Source of the DNA: Candidatus Binatia bacterium
GTDB lineage: Bacteria > Desulfobacterota > Binatia > Bin18
Direction: 5' to 3'
NCBI GenBank assembly: GCA_963666315.2
Contig: CAXXHG010000008.1
Coordinates: 96,001 to 160,000, forward strand
DNA length: 64,000 nt
In this document: in pieces, positions 49,021 through 59,239 of the stretch
Layout of the letters: the number at the start of each line of letters is the position of its first letter
How positions within the stretch are numbered: the first letter of the stretch is position 1
The notes under the pieces: model-generated
The model's database searches: none
Seen by the model: only the letters and a program-made list of their open reading frames with translations
What the model was told of the DNA's origin: nothing
Position numbers and translations under genes: made by a program

Positions 49021-49217
49021 GAACGTTGAACCACCGACAGGTCTCCCCTCACGAACCTGGAGAGATAAGAGCAGGAAATAGGCAGAAGGACAACTCAACG
49101 CGGGGGGGGACGCTAGACTGTGTACGCTCAATCTCGTTGTATTGTGATCATCAACAGGGGCCTTTACCGGGGACTGTTGCCCCGCCAGCTGGTTTCTTCT
49201 TCGGTCTTGCACGATCG

Positions 49218-49982
49218 TTAGTAATGAACCCGCCCGCCATCAACGTTGAGCGTTTGCCCGGTCATAAAGTCGCTCGCATCAGACGCCAAAAAGATGACCG
49301 TCCCCGCTACGTCAGCCGGCTCTTCGTTCCGCTTGATAATCTGCCTCTTGACCGATTGCCGCCGGAACCGCTCAAAGGTTTCCCGATCGAGTATCGTCTT
49401 GCTCGCTTCGGTCATCGTGTGGCCGGGGGTGACGGCGTTTACATTAATCCCCGTCCCCGCGAGCTCTCGCGCCAGCGCGCGGGTGAGGGAAAACACCGCG
49501 CCTTTCGAGGCCACATAATGTAACACAAACGGATCACCGGCCCAGATGGTACTCGACGAAATATTAATGATTTTGCCTTTTCCCTGGTCCTTCATCGTCG
49601 GAACGACCGCCTTACAGCACAGCCACATGCCTTTGACATTCACCTCCATCATCCGATCCCATTCGGCTTCCGAGATCTGATCGAACGGGCCGACCGTTAG
49701 GCCTCCGTACAACGCCGCATTATTGACCAGGATGTCAATCCGGCCAAAACGCTCGAGCGCCTCGGCGGCCATGGCTTCGGTGCTCTGGGCGCTCGTGACA
49801 TCCGTGGTCACCCCGACCACCTCTCCCCCGGATTCCCGGACTTTGCTGACCGTCTCCTCGCACGACAGGATGTCGGCGGCGATCACCCGCGCGCCCTCAC
49901 GTGTGAAGGCGCAGCAGTATTCCTGCCCGATCCCACGCGCCGCCCCGGTCACGATGGTCACTCGCCCGGTCAGTGATGCCAT
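49218..49982 (-). CDS. SDR family oxidoreductase
   Basis: TGAARGIG, NNAA, YVASKG, NAVTPG, GQTLNVDGG; own AAAGGAGG RBS at the MASLTGRV start. Confidence 0.92.
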   Translation of the reverse strand: MASLTGRVTIVTGAARGIGQEYCCAFTREGARVIAADILSCEETVSKVRESGGEVVGVTTDVTSAQSTEAMAAEALERFGRIDILVNNAALYGGLTVGPFDQISEAEWDRMMEVNVKGMWLCCKAVVPTMKDQGKGKIINISSSTIWAGDPFVLHYVASKGAVFSLTRALARELAGTGINVNAVTPGHTMTEASKTILDRETFERFRRQSVKRQIIKRNEEPADVAGTVIFLASDASDFMTGQTLNVDGGRVHY

Positions 49983-50044
49983 AGCAATCCCTCCTTTCCG
50001 TGCACTTGCCATAGCACCTCGGCCAGACCAGACAAGGGGGAATG

Positions 50045-50420
50045 AGGTCGGCCGTGTCAAAGCCTTCGGTGAACCAGTTGTAAACGGGGGCGAGCAGCTC
50101 TCTCGCTTCGGTTGTCTTCCCTGCTGCTGCCACAACCGAGCCAGGCTGGTCGCGGCGCGGAGTTCGAGCGACTTCGCACTCCGCTCGCGGGCAACGTCGA
50201 GGGCTTGGTGGAAGTACTGCTCGGCTTCTTCTTCGACCTTCGACTCAGGCCCTTCGACTTGGGACTGTAGCGTCAGCTTCCCCTTGAGCCGATATAATTC
50301 AGCCTCCCAATATCGGTCGCCATGGTTGGGGTGAACCGTCATAGCCTCCTCTAGGGCCGTCCATCCTTCTTCATATCGTTCCGCGTCAATATAGGCTTCA
50401 ACCTCTAGACCGATGCGCAC
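50045..50420 (-). pseudogene. Second C-terminal TPR fragment of a cyclase-AAA-TPR protein
   Basis: WEAELYRLKG.LTL, AKSLELRAATSLARLWQQQG, frameshifted WFTEGFDTADL. Confidence 0.8.
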
Positions 50421-50535
50421 GAGAGTCCGGTATTTTTACCTGGCACGGATCGAGCGGGCATCCATAGGCAGGATGAAAATCTTGCCGTCCAGCAAAGAGG
50501 TAGACTATGCAACTCAACTCGCTTATCCCTAACTT

Positions 50536-50781
50536 TCACACTGGTACCGAAACCCTGGGCCGGTCACAGCTCTTAATATGGTCTTGGATGAATGTCTCTC
50601 CTTTTTGCGTAAGTTGAAACGGACTCTGCGCGTTTTTATGTTCCTCAATATAGTCATGTGCAACTAAATATTCCGTCGCCTCTTTCCGCCGCCGCTCCCC
50701 TTTAAACCAGTCGCGGGTCCTCCTGCCCTTCTGCAATGCACGGAGTATTTCCAAACTGAACAACGTCTGCACCAAGTCCAT
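50536..50781 (-). CDS. Small hypothetical winged-helix-like protein, 3' end possibly truncated
   Basis: GGAGGAG RBS; EYL..HDYIE...FQLTQKGE.F pattern. Confidence 0.5.
   Translation of the reverse strand: MDLVQTLFSLEILRALQKGRRTRDWFKGERRRKEATEYLVAHDYIEEHKNAQSPFQLTQKGETFIQDHIKSCDRPRVSVPV
50537..50566 (+). mobile_element. Possible orphan IS3-family terminal inverted repeat
   Basis: Reverse complement TGACCGGCCCAGGGTTTCGGTACCAGTGTG resembles TGACC.GCCCC...GTACCA IS3/IS407 ends; no transposase seen. Confidence 0.4.
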
Positions 50782-50962
50782 TGCTCCTCCCAGTGAGTGG
50801 GGTGACTGTCAGCCAGCAGTCCTTGCTCACCCTCAGTGTGCAAGAGTGACGATCAGCGGCACGGCACCGGCCTAGTTTTTCACGGTTGCCGAAAAACGGC
50901 GCGCGCTGGCACAATGTTCTGGCGGCACGGATCGGGCGGGGAATCGTGCTATTCAACACCGT

Positions 50963-51187
50963 ATGAAAACACACCTACCGCTTGTGGCTTTCACGTTCTT
51001 CATTCTGTGGAGGATTGAAGAAGGGAAAACGCGTAACCCGACGGCCGCCTGGATACCCGCTTCGACCTACACCGACCTGGCTCAGTGCCAGCAGAAATCC
51101 ACGGAACTGAATAAAAATAAACCTGCCCAGCATCCTCGCCGCTACGTCTGCCTGCCTGACACAATTCAACCCCCCGCACCTACGTAG
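50963..51187 (+). CDS. Small hypothetical secreted Cys-pair protein
   Basis: Hydrophobic N-terminus, W....TY..L.QC...YVCLPDTI.P. Confidence 0.5.
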   Translation: MKTHLPLVAFTFFILWRIEEGKTRNPTAAWIPASTYTDLAQCQQKSTELNKNKPAQHPRRYVCLPDTIQPPAPT

Positions 51188-51330
51188 CAAACATCCCCCA
51201 CACGGCTGTGGCTCCCCAGAATCACTGCTCCCGCGCTTCTTCTCTTACCCCCGCTGTCTTGCATCCGCCGGCGCAATCGAGAGTGCGGAGTGGTATCGTA
51301 GTCGAGAACGCGGTGATACCCTATCGGATC

Positions 51331-51650
51331 ATGCTCCCTACGCACCTCACCGCACAGCAACGGCTGTGGGCGGCGGTCCTCGATAATGCCGTCATGAGCC
51401 TTGAACAGCGCGGCATCTTCAGCTACGGGAAAAAATACAACGTAAGACACCAGAAGCGGAAACTGCGGGACGAGTCGCTGACCTGGCTCAAAGCGGACCT
51501 CACCACCCCGGCAGCTTTATTTTTGTCTGTGACACCTTGCATATTAATCCCAACTTCCTGCGCGCGCGGCTGCTGAAGCACTTCGCCGTGGTACCCTGGA
51601 ACGCGAAAGCGAAAGGAGCCCCACTGCGCACCCGCGTCAATTTATCGTGA
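51331..51650 (+). CDS. Conserved small hypothetical protein (RLW.AVL..A...W....F..VC..L family), frameshift near 51508
   Basis: QRLWAAVLDNAV...ESLTWL...(PG)SFIFVCDTLHINPNFLRARL across a CCCCGG run. Confidence 0.6.
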
Positions 51651-52073
51651 CCTCCGCTCTCCCCTTAGCCGAACCGACACAAGGGTTCACTCCGGCTGTT
51701 TACCCGACAGACTCCAGCCCCTTCACTACAAGAGGGAGATCTCGACCTAACAATTCACGCCTTTCTTTCCAGCGCTTCCGAAATAGGGGGATTTTTCTCT
51801 AAACGACGAAAAGTTCTCGATTGCTCTCGGAACCCCGACGAGACGAAAGCGTACATTATAGGAGCAATTTGGCAGTAACGAATATTCCCCCTTTGCGCAT
51901 GTGGCCAGAAAGTCACGGTTTCGAGAGAGTGAAGTGTTTACGCTCATCTACGTCTGACGATGTGGCGCTACGTCAATTTTAATGCAGAACGACATTGGTA
52001 ACGACAGCATACAATCCACGCGGGCGTCGGGTGCGGCTTTAACTCCCTCCGTAATCACGATGTCCCGCAATCT

Positions 52074-52107
52074 GGAGGGGCGGGCGGCTTACGCCGCTCG
52101 CCCCTCC
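52074..52107 (-). promoter_or_regulatory. GC-rich hairpin (GTAA loop) downstream of the FGE-domain gene; DGR-type cruciform or atypical terminator
   Basis: Minus strand GGAGGGGCGAGCGGC-GTAA-GCCGCCCGCCCCTCC, 17 nt after the stop codon, with no U-tract. Confidence 0.6.
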
Positions 52108-52124
52108 CAAAGTCCACAGGGCCA

Positions 52125-53414
52125 CTAGCGGACGCAACGAAAACCGATACTGCTGTTCGCGTCCGACGGCTCGCTGATCCCGACGACCGCAAACACGCCG
52201 GCAGCCGTGCCGTTGCCGAAGTGGCCGCCGCGGACCAGGGCGCCGGGACCACGGGTTGTTCTCGCGCCACCCATTAAATTGACATCCTCTGTCCCATCGA
52301 ACACGGCAGGCACAGCCCTCGTAGACGCCGGCCCCCAGTCGGCAACCCACTCCCACACATTCCCCACCATGTCGAACGCCCCCCAGGCCGACACGCAGTT
52401 CGCTCGTGATCCGGTCCCCTCCGGCACAGCTGACATGGTTTTGCAGTCCTCCCCTCCCGGCGTGTCGCCCGGATCGGGTGTCCCAGCCGCTGCCGCCTGC
52501 CTCTCCGCATTGCGCAACAGCCGCTTGCCTGCATTCACACACGCCTGCTGGGCTTGAAACCAGGTGATGAAGCGGGCGGGCAGGGCGTCCTTCCGGCTCA
52601 CCGCATAGATCATGTCCTTGCAGTCATTGCCCGTATCTGCGCACGGATAATCATCCTCCGTTACCCCATATTGCATCCCCGTGCCCTCCGCGTTCGCCCA
52701 CACCGACGCCTCGTACGTGTCCACACACACCGCCCCGACTGCCATCATGTCGGCCGGACACGCCTCGTCCGGACACGTCCCCCCGCTTGGCACGCCCATC
52801 CCCGAGGCCGAAATCGCGAAGCTCTGGGCCGCCTGAGCCCAGTCGACGCGGGTATTCTCGCCCGCGACGGGAAAGTCATCGATCGTGCATGCGCCCGCTA
52901 AGTCGGTCAGAAAGAAATTCGGGGCCGCCGCGCCCGACAGAACGACGATGTCGATCATCCGCTGCTCGACCATGGTGTCGTTGACATAGAGAGTGATCGT
53001 TTCCGGGCCGGCCCGAACCGGGTTACGTTCGTGGTAATCCCCCAGCCATTATTGTCCCCCAGACACGGCCCGCTCGCACTCATGTTGGTGTCCGGGCGGA
53101 ACGTGCCGACCGCGGCGCGCTCCCGCGGGTTGATACCGATCTGAATCTCCACCACGGTGCCCGTGCGCACCGCCATGACGGCCGGATCGCAGGTCCAGCC
53201 TCGAAACAACACGACCCCACTGAGCGTCTGGACCGGGGCTCGCTGCCGGCACTTCCCAGGTCCCCACGAGGGGATCAGGCAATGTGGGTTGCCCCAATGA
53301 TGTAGGTGGGACGGCCAAAACAAAGCCGAAAACGGCCACCGCTCTGACCAGCCACGAACAAAGTGAAGGCTGTGTGTTCCAGCTGTTGAGCAAACCTCTC
53401 GCTGTGACCCTCAT
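52125..53414 (-). CDS. Secreted protein with an uncharacterised N-domain and a C-terminal FGE-sulfatase/C-type lectin (Mtd-like) domain; two frameshifts
   Basis: Signal-like hydrophobic segment; CVDTYEAS, ITWFQAQQAC..AGKRL, GAFDMVGNVWEWV, RGG.F...IGFRC. Confidence 0.78.
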
Positions 53415-53614
53415 GGGATACGCGCCGGGCAAAAACTCGTGCCAGAACCACGAGGCAACATCCTCTGCCGTTCCTGGGTTCTGTGCTTCCCCTGCAGCCG
53501 CAGGCCGGAGACCCGCGACTGCCATGCCGGTTCCCCCCCTCCACGGGAAGCCGAGGAGGAAAAATCTGGCAGCTGCTAGTACCGCCCCGCCGGTTGGGCC
53601 GACCACGGGCGACG

Positions 53615-54939
53615 TTAGGCCGCCAGTGCCGCGGCCGGCGCGCTGCCATCTCGAGCGCGGATCCCGGCATACACGGCAGGCAACAGGGCGCGCCCCTTGA
53701 GCGTGCGAAAGGTGGACTCCGCCACTTGCAGGAGTTTCCAGATCAGCGCCGTGGCGTTCTCAACTTTCTTAAAGCGTTTGGCTGCGGTGGTGCGTAATCG
53801 GACGGCGGCAAACGGCGACTCCACAATGTTCGTCGTGCGCAGATGGACCGAGTGCTCCCTGGGGGTCCGGTAGAAGGTCACCAAGCGCTCCCAATCTGAC
53901 TCCAAGCGGTCCACAGCTTTGGGACAGAGGGGGTGATAGCGCTGACGAAACTGTCCCTTTAACGCTTCACAGTCCCGCTGCGTATCCGCATACGGCATGG
54001 CTCGTAGGAGTTGACTCGCTTCGGGCTGGTATTTCTTGGGGATAGCATCCAAGATGTTGAGGAGCCGATGATTCCAGCACCGCTGCTCGGCCAGCGGGGG
54101 ATACTGGTCCCCCAGCGCCGCCCATAAGCCCAAGTGCCCGTGGGCAATCGCGCATCGCCACGCTTTCAGCCCCCGCTTGCGCAAGTCGCGCAAAATCATC
54201 ACCCAGGACTCTTTGGATTCCCGCACCGCACTCTCCACGGCCAGCACGACCTTCTGGCCATTTGTGAGCGCCCCAATCATCACCAATAGCGCGGCTTTCG
54301 TGTCCTCTAACCCGGCTTTGACATACAACCCATCAGCCCAGATGTAGACCACTTCGAGGTCATCGAGTCGCCGTTTGTTCCAGGCTGCATACTCCTGTTG
54401 CCACCGGGCTTTGAGTCGTACCAGAGAAGAGCGGGATAAGGGCGCACCATCGCCAAGCAACCCCCGTAAGGCTAGGTCAAAGTCGCCTAACGCCAACCCA
54501 TGCAAGTATAACTCAGGCAGCAACTTGCCCACCTGCTGGGTATGGCGTTTGAACATCGGGAGGACTCGACTTTCAAGGCGCTCTGGCAAGTCCCGCACTC
54601 GTGGACGGCGCACTGTGATTGTCCCCGCTGGCGTTGCCAACCTCCGTGGCTTGCAATGGCCGTTGCGATAGCCCACGGACGCCGGGCGAGTCTTCCGCTG
54701 AACGGACTTGGGACGCCCCAATAACTCAGTGACTTCTTCTTCCAGCAGGGTTTGGATGAACTTCTGGATATGTTCTCGGACATACTCTTCCAGGTGGTCC
54801 CAGGATGGGCGAGACGATGACTGTGACGATGTGACTGGCCGTGTCATGGTGGCTCCTCTTTACACTCCAGGGCCAGTTAGGTTTTATCCTGAGAAGGATA
54901 GGCCACCTGGTGCGTTTACACACCATCCGGTATTACCTC
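53615..54939 (-). mobile_element. tnp: IS256-family element (transposase 53615-54847); right end not found
   Basis: GYRNG, RPRVRD, LYLHGL, WADGLY, QRCWNH, RTTNIVESPFA; left end GAGGTAATACCGGATGGTGTGTAAA at 54939. Confidence 0.9.
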
Positions 54940-55119
54940 AAAAACCAACCCTAGTTCCTCAAGCGTCCGCAAGCTGTGGCTCGCATTCCCCTTCTCCTCT
55001 TTCAAGGTACGCCCAAGCTCCTGATGCTCCCCTGCTACGACCCCATCCGTGCGCTGTCCGCCTTCCACCAACCACCAAAGGATATGTTTCTGTAACTGTG
55101 AGAGCCGCCGTGCTGCCAT
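54916..55119 (-). pseudogene. Small winged-helix protein interrupted by the IS256 left end at 54939
   Basis: MAARRLSQLQKHIL.WL...KGN.SHSLRTLE..GLV; the last residues are encoded by the IS end. Confidence 0.6.
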
Positions 55120-55199
55120 ACCTTTATGGTGCTCCTTCCAGCCGAGGAGAAGATTAATTACAACAATGGTACCCGGTTGGTGATGTTCGCGGGAAGAAG

Positions 55200-55361
55200 C
55201 TATCGCTGCTCGTGCTCCGCGCGCACCCGTTTTGCTTCTTGCCGTTTCTTCGCTTCGTGCATCCGGTTCTGCCGCGCCTGCTTCGTCTGCTCGTGCTGTT
55301 GGTGCATCTCCTTGCGCTGTTCTTCCGGGTGACGCCGCTGCACCTTAGAAAGTTTAGGCAT
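55200..55361 (-). CDS. Small highly charged helical protein (53 aa; absent from the ORF track)
   Basis: GAGGAG RBS; MPKLSKVQRRHPEEQRKEMHQQHEQTKQARQNRMHEAKKRQEAKRVRAEHEQR. Confidence 0.5.
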   Translation of the reverse strand: MPKLSKVQRRHPEEQRKEMHQQHEQTKQARQNRMHEAKKRQEAKRVRAEHEQR

Positions 55362-55593
55362 GGTCTCCTCTCTCTCTGCCTGTTTGACTCATCCTCTGTT
55401 TGCACCAGAACCCAAGTGCTCTCCTGGAGCCTTTCACTGCCTCGATTGTGTTTCCAAGTCTTTGGTGCAACGTCTTTGTCTCTTCCATACAGACGGTTGA
55501 CCCCTGCTCGATCACTTTATCGACCCTCAATCATCTTTTGCATAACAAACCGCACGGAACGCCGACCACCACTCAGCCCTTATCTGGTTGATC

Positions 55594-56432
55594 GGTATTG
55601 TCAACTAATCGGGGGACTTGCCCAACGTTGGTTGTCTGTGTCGTAACGGGGCGTGGCTTCACGTACCACAGGTCTGTATCGAAAGCATCGGTTTCCGCCC
55701 GAAATTATTGCCCACGCCTTCTGGCTCTACCATCGCTTCAGCCTCAGCTTTCGCGAAGTCGAAGAACTGTCGGCCGAACGGGGGGTGTTCGTTAGTTACG
55801 AAGCGGTCCGCCTCTGGTGTCTCAAGTTTGGCCAGACATCCGCCAAGAAGTTACGCCGCAGACGGGGCCGACCAGGCGACATCTGGCATCTCGACGAACT
55901 GTTCATCCATATCCGAGGGGAGCGCTACTACTTATGGCGCGCTGTGGATAAAGATGGCCAGGTTCTCGATATTCTGATGCAGAAACGGCGCAATACTAAC
56001 GCCGCCAACCGCTTCTTTCGCAAGTTATTGAAGGGGTTAGTGTAAGTGCTCAATCAACTGGTCATCGATAAGCTCCGCAGCTATAGTGCTGCTCACCGGA
56101 TCCTGCTCCCCTCTGTCCAGCACTGCACGACCCAATACGCCAACAATCGTGCCAAAGGGTCCCACCAACCCACCCGCCAGCGCGAACGACAGATGCGCGG
56201 CTTCTAATCTCTGCGACATGTACAACGGTTTCTTTCCGTCCACGGATCTATCAATAATCTCTTTCGGATTGGACGCCACCTGGTGAGGGCTGTCCATTAT
56301 CGGCTGTGTCGGGAACGAGCGTTCGCCACGTGGCGAGACGTGACAACGGCTCTCGAAACAGCGTAAGGGTAGATTACATCCGACCTCACACTACGTGAGG
56401 TTCGTGCTTTGTCTTGATAACTTGACAGAACC
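55594..56432 (+). mobile_element. IS6-family element with an inactivated transposase (55653-56366)
   Basis: HRFPPEII, LSFREVEEL..ERG..VSYE, WHLDE, YLWRAVD; internal stops; terminal IRs GGTATTGTCAACTAATC / GATAACTTGACAGAACC. Confidence 0.9.
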
Positions 56433-56576
56433 TCGGCCCCACCTGAAAACCCGGGCTATCCTGCGGCTTCCGACTCCGCCGATAATAGGGCCGTGACCAT
56501 CTCTGGAACGAAATCCTACTCTAAGGAGTGGGTCTCGCAGGCATAAATTCCTTCATTCCTGTGAACCCCGTTACGG

Positions 56577-56604
56577 AAGAAGAGGCGGCCTGCCGCCTCT
56601 TCTT
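56577..56604 (-). terminator. Hairpin terminator after the amidohydrolase gene
   Basis: AAGAAGAGGCGG-cctg-CCGCCTCTTCTT perfect 12-bp stem. Confidence 0.7.
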
Positions 56605-56627
56605 ATCTAGTTTGTAAACACGGTTTT

Positions 56628-57803
56628 TCAAGCGAGCCCGAAAAACCGGACCGAAGCATCCCCTAACAGGCCGTTGCGAGCTTCCGGCGTGTGGAGGCTT
56701 CCGGCGAGGTGAGCAAGATGTTCCATGTAGTTTCCTGGGTGGTCTGGATGCGGAAAATCCGACGCCCAGCCGAATTGATTCGGGCCGAAGTCCTCGATCG
56801 TTTTTGCCCACGCCGTTTCGTCCGGATCGCCACCCACAAAGCATTGCTTAGCGAAAGTCTCCTTCGGTCGAGTGGTTATCTTGATGCCGCGCTCACCGAC
56901 CTGAGTATCGAAGACCGCTTCTATCTTATCGAGCAAGGAGGGGACCCAACCCGCACCACCTTCAAAGAAGCCGACGCGAAGTCTAGGGAAACGCTCGAAC
57001 AGCCCGTACTGAAACATATCCACGAGTGCGATTTCCATCGCTAATCTGCCGCTCAGTACCGACAATAGAAATTGTCCACCGTCGTGCAAGATTTTGGGCT
57101 CGATCCTGCTAAACGGCCGATATTCGCGGCGTTCACCCGACACGTGGATGCAAACAGGCACATCCAGATCCTGCGCTGCTGCATAAAAGGGATCCCATTC
57201 CGTATCCCCCAAGGGCAATCTCCGGACATTAAAGGTCACGATCATTGCGCCTTTCGCTCCTGCCTGAACCGCCGTCTTCAGGTCTTCCGCCGCTACCTTG
57301 GGGTCCCCAAGAAAGCAGTGAGCTATCGGCACAAGTCGCCCCTTGCTACCGGAGCAGAAATCAATCACCCAACGATTGTAGGCCCGGCACATTGCATGGG
57401 CCAACTCGATATCGGTGATGTGGGTGTTCCAGAGCAGCCCGAGGGAGGTGAATATAGCGGTATATTTGAGACCCTCAGCGTCAGCTCGGGCCAGTCGAGC
57501 CGCGGGGATGTAGCCAGCCGGATCAGCATCCCCCGGCCATTCCATCTTCAATCCATCCATTTCCGCGAGTGATCGACCCATACCCATGATCGCTTGCAGA
57601 CTCTTGAGGTCACTGCCACGGAGGAACTGCCCGTCTAGCTGGAGATGCAGCCCTTCGGCAGTTCGACCGAAGCGTAGCCCCCGATCCTTATACTTGGCTT
57701 CCATAAGGTCGCCTGTCCACAGATCGGCCGGTTCAATGATATGACCGTCGGTGTCCATGATACCGTAGTTTCCGGTATAGAGTTCAGTTGCTGTCAATGT
57801 CAT
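56628..57803 (-). CDS. Amidohydrolase_2 family metallo-enzyme
   Basis: DTDGHIIEP, RAYNRW, VCIH, FERFPRLRVGFFEGG.GW, ASDFPHPD; AAAGGAAGG RBS. Confidence 0.9.
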   Translation of the reverse strand: MTLTATELYTGNYGIMDTDGHIIEPADLWTGDLMEAKYKDRGLRFGRTAEGLHLQLDGQFLRGSDLKSLQAIMGMGRSLAEMDGLKMEWPGDADPAGYIPAARLARADAEGLKYTAIFTSLGLLWNTHITDIELAHAMCRAYNRWVIDFCSGSKGRLVPIAHCFLGDPKVAAEDLKTAVQAGAKGAMIVTFNVRRLPLGDTEWDPFYAAAQDLDVPVCIHVSGERREYRPFSRIEPKILHDGGQFLLSVLSGRLAMEIALVDMFQYGLFERFPRLRVGFFEGGAGWVPSLLDKIEAVFDTQVGERGIKITTRPKETFAKQCFVGGDPDETAWAKTIEDFGPNQFGWASDFPHPDHPGNYMEHLAHLAGSLHTPEARNGLLGDASVRFFGLA

Positions 57804-57854
57804 ATAAGACCTTCCTTTCGGCACGAGATCGAGGTTGGTGGGGGACACCACCAA

Positions 57855-59239
57855 CTAGCGCCGGCCGCTGACCATATTGCGCAGTGAGTAAAACTGCTTG
57901 GCGCGTCCTGGAGAGAAATCTTTCATCATCACATAGCAATGGGAGTGAAGGTGGCATGCGGCTTCTTGGCGTTGATATCCGTTTCCCCCAAGTGAATGAG
58001 CACGCGGTGCCCGACGTTGTTCGAGAAATCTAATTGCATATAGGGCGCTTGCTGAGTCACCTCGTCGGCATAGCTCTCGGAATACTTCAAAAAATGCTGG
58101 TTCATACGTAAGAGCTGATCATCTTGTCGATCGAAGCCGAACATCCATAGCGTCCAGAACGTCTCTGTATCGATAAACACAATCTTGTGGCTGTAAGGGT
58201 GGTTTTTAGCTTTAGGCTCTATCAAGAGGACATGACTCTCGCGTACTTCCCAGCGGGCTTTGTTCGGCACCCAGAGGTGCGGGCCGCCCGCCTCGGGGTT
58301 GTCACGCACATTGATCGTGGCCAGAACCGCTCTTTTACCCAAATAAATCCAGTTGTGCTCGTATACCTTCCCGCCGAATCCCATGGCGTCTTCCATGGTG
58401 TAATCCATGCCCATCAACTCGCTCGTGCGCTCGGAGGCCAGCGTACGTCGGGGCTTGCGCTGCGCGGGCATATACAGCCAGCCGGCATCTTCTTTGTAGT
58501 GGTCCACATAGGTTTTGGTGAGCGTCTTGGCGCCAGCCATATCCCGCGGCGAGCGGAACTCCATGAGCTGTTTGGTTCTTATCTCTTCATAGCCCGGCAC
58601 TAGACAGTGGGCACCCTGGGCGTATCGGGAGCTCAGGGCGGTAAACTCCAACTTCCGGTCGAGCTGCCCGTTCTCACTCCGCAACCAGGCTACCATCGGC
58701 ATGACGTAGCCCTCGGCTCCAGGCCGCCAGAGCATATTCCAAACGACTTTATGGGCCGCGCGCGGATCGTCGGCTGTGATATCCGCAAAGGGAAATCCTC
58801 CACCGGTAAACCCCACCAGGACACCACGCTCATCCAACGTGTAGTCGGAGGGGACATTCTTGCCCCACTCCGCTGGCGGCGGGTAGTGTCCGGTTGCCGC
58901 AATCTCCATGTCCAGGCCGTCAAAAAAGTAGTACTCCCACGCCGACTGGGGAATGAGCGCCTCTAGCACATTTTTGCGGTCTTTCTGCGTGAGATGTTGG
59001 CCGGGCGTCACCGTCTTGGCATCGGGCTGATAATGCTCAATCCAGTATCGCAGAGCCTGATAGCTCTGATCCCCCTGAACCCTCAGGTCTCTCTCGTCCT
59101 TCTGATCACTCTGGTCATGGGCCGCATGAGATACGGTTGGCAGTATCCAGAGACTGCTTATTATAAGTGCAAGGGCGCTCATCAAGAGGCGCTGAAGAAG
59201 ATGGACACGTAGCTGCTGCGGTCTGGCTCGTTCTTCCAT
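57855..59239 (-). CDS. DUF1329 family periplasmic protein (frameshift near 57942)
   Basis: Signal peptide, GFPF, SPRDMAG, WLYMPAQRKPRR, WEVR, HPYSHK; C-terminus continues HCYVMMKDFSPGRAKQFYSLRNMVSGRR in another frame. Confidence 0.82.

Noticed and set aside
49218-50420. 400-aa TPR-SDR fusion ORF in the track
   Set aside because: The TPR similarity shifts frame before the SDR, and the SDR has its own RBS and start at 49982; the fusion is incidental.
47121-53621. Integron attC-like GTTAGGC/CCTAAC motifs (47121, 51746, 53615)
   Set aside because: They do not form paired R''/R' boxes with an intervening palindrome at attC spacing, and no integrase is present.
59025-59045. GGCTGATAA match to the dif-like arm
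   Set aside because: It lies inside the DUF1329 coding sequence and lacks the second arm; chance match.
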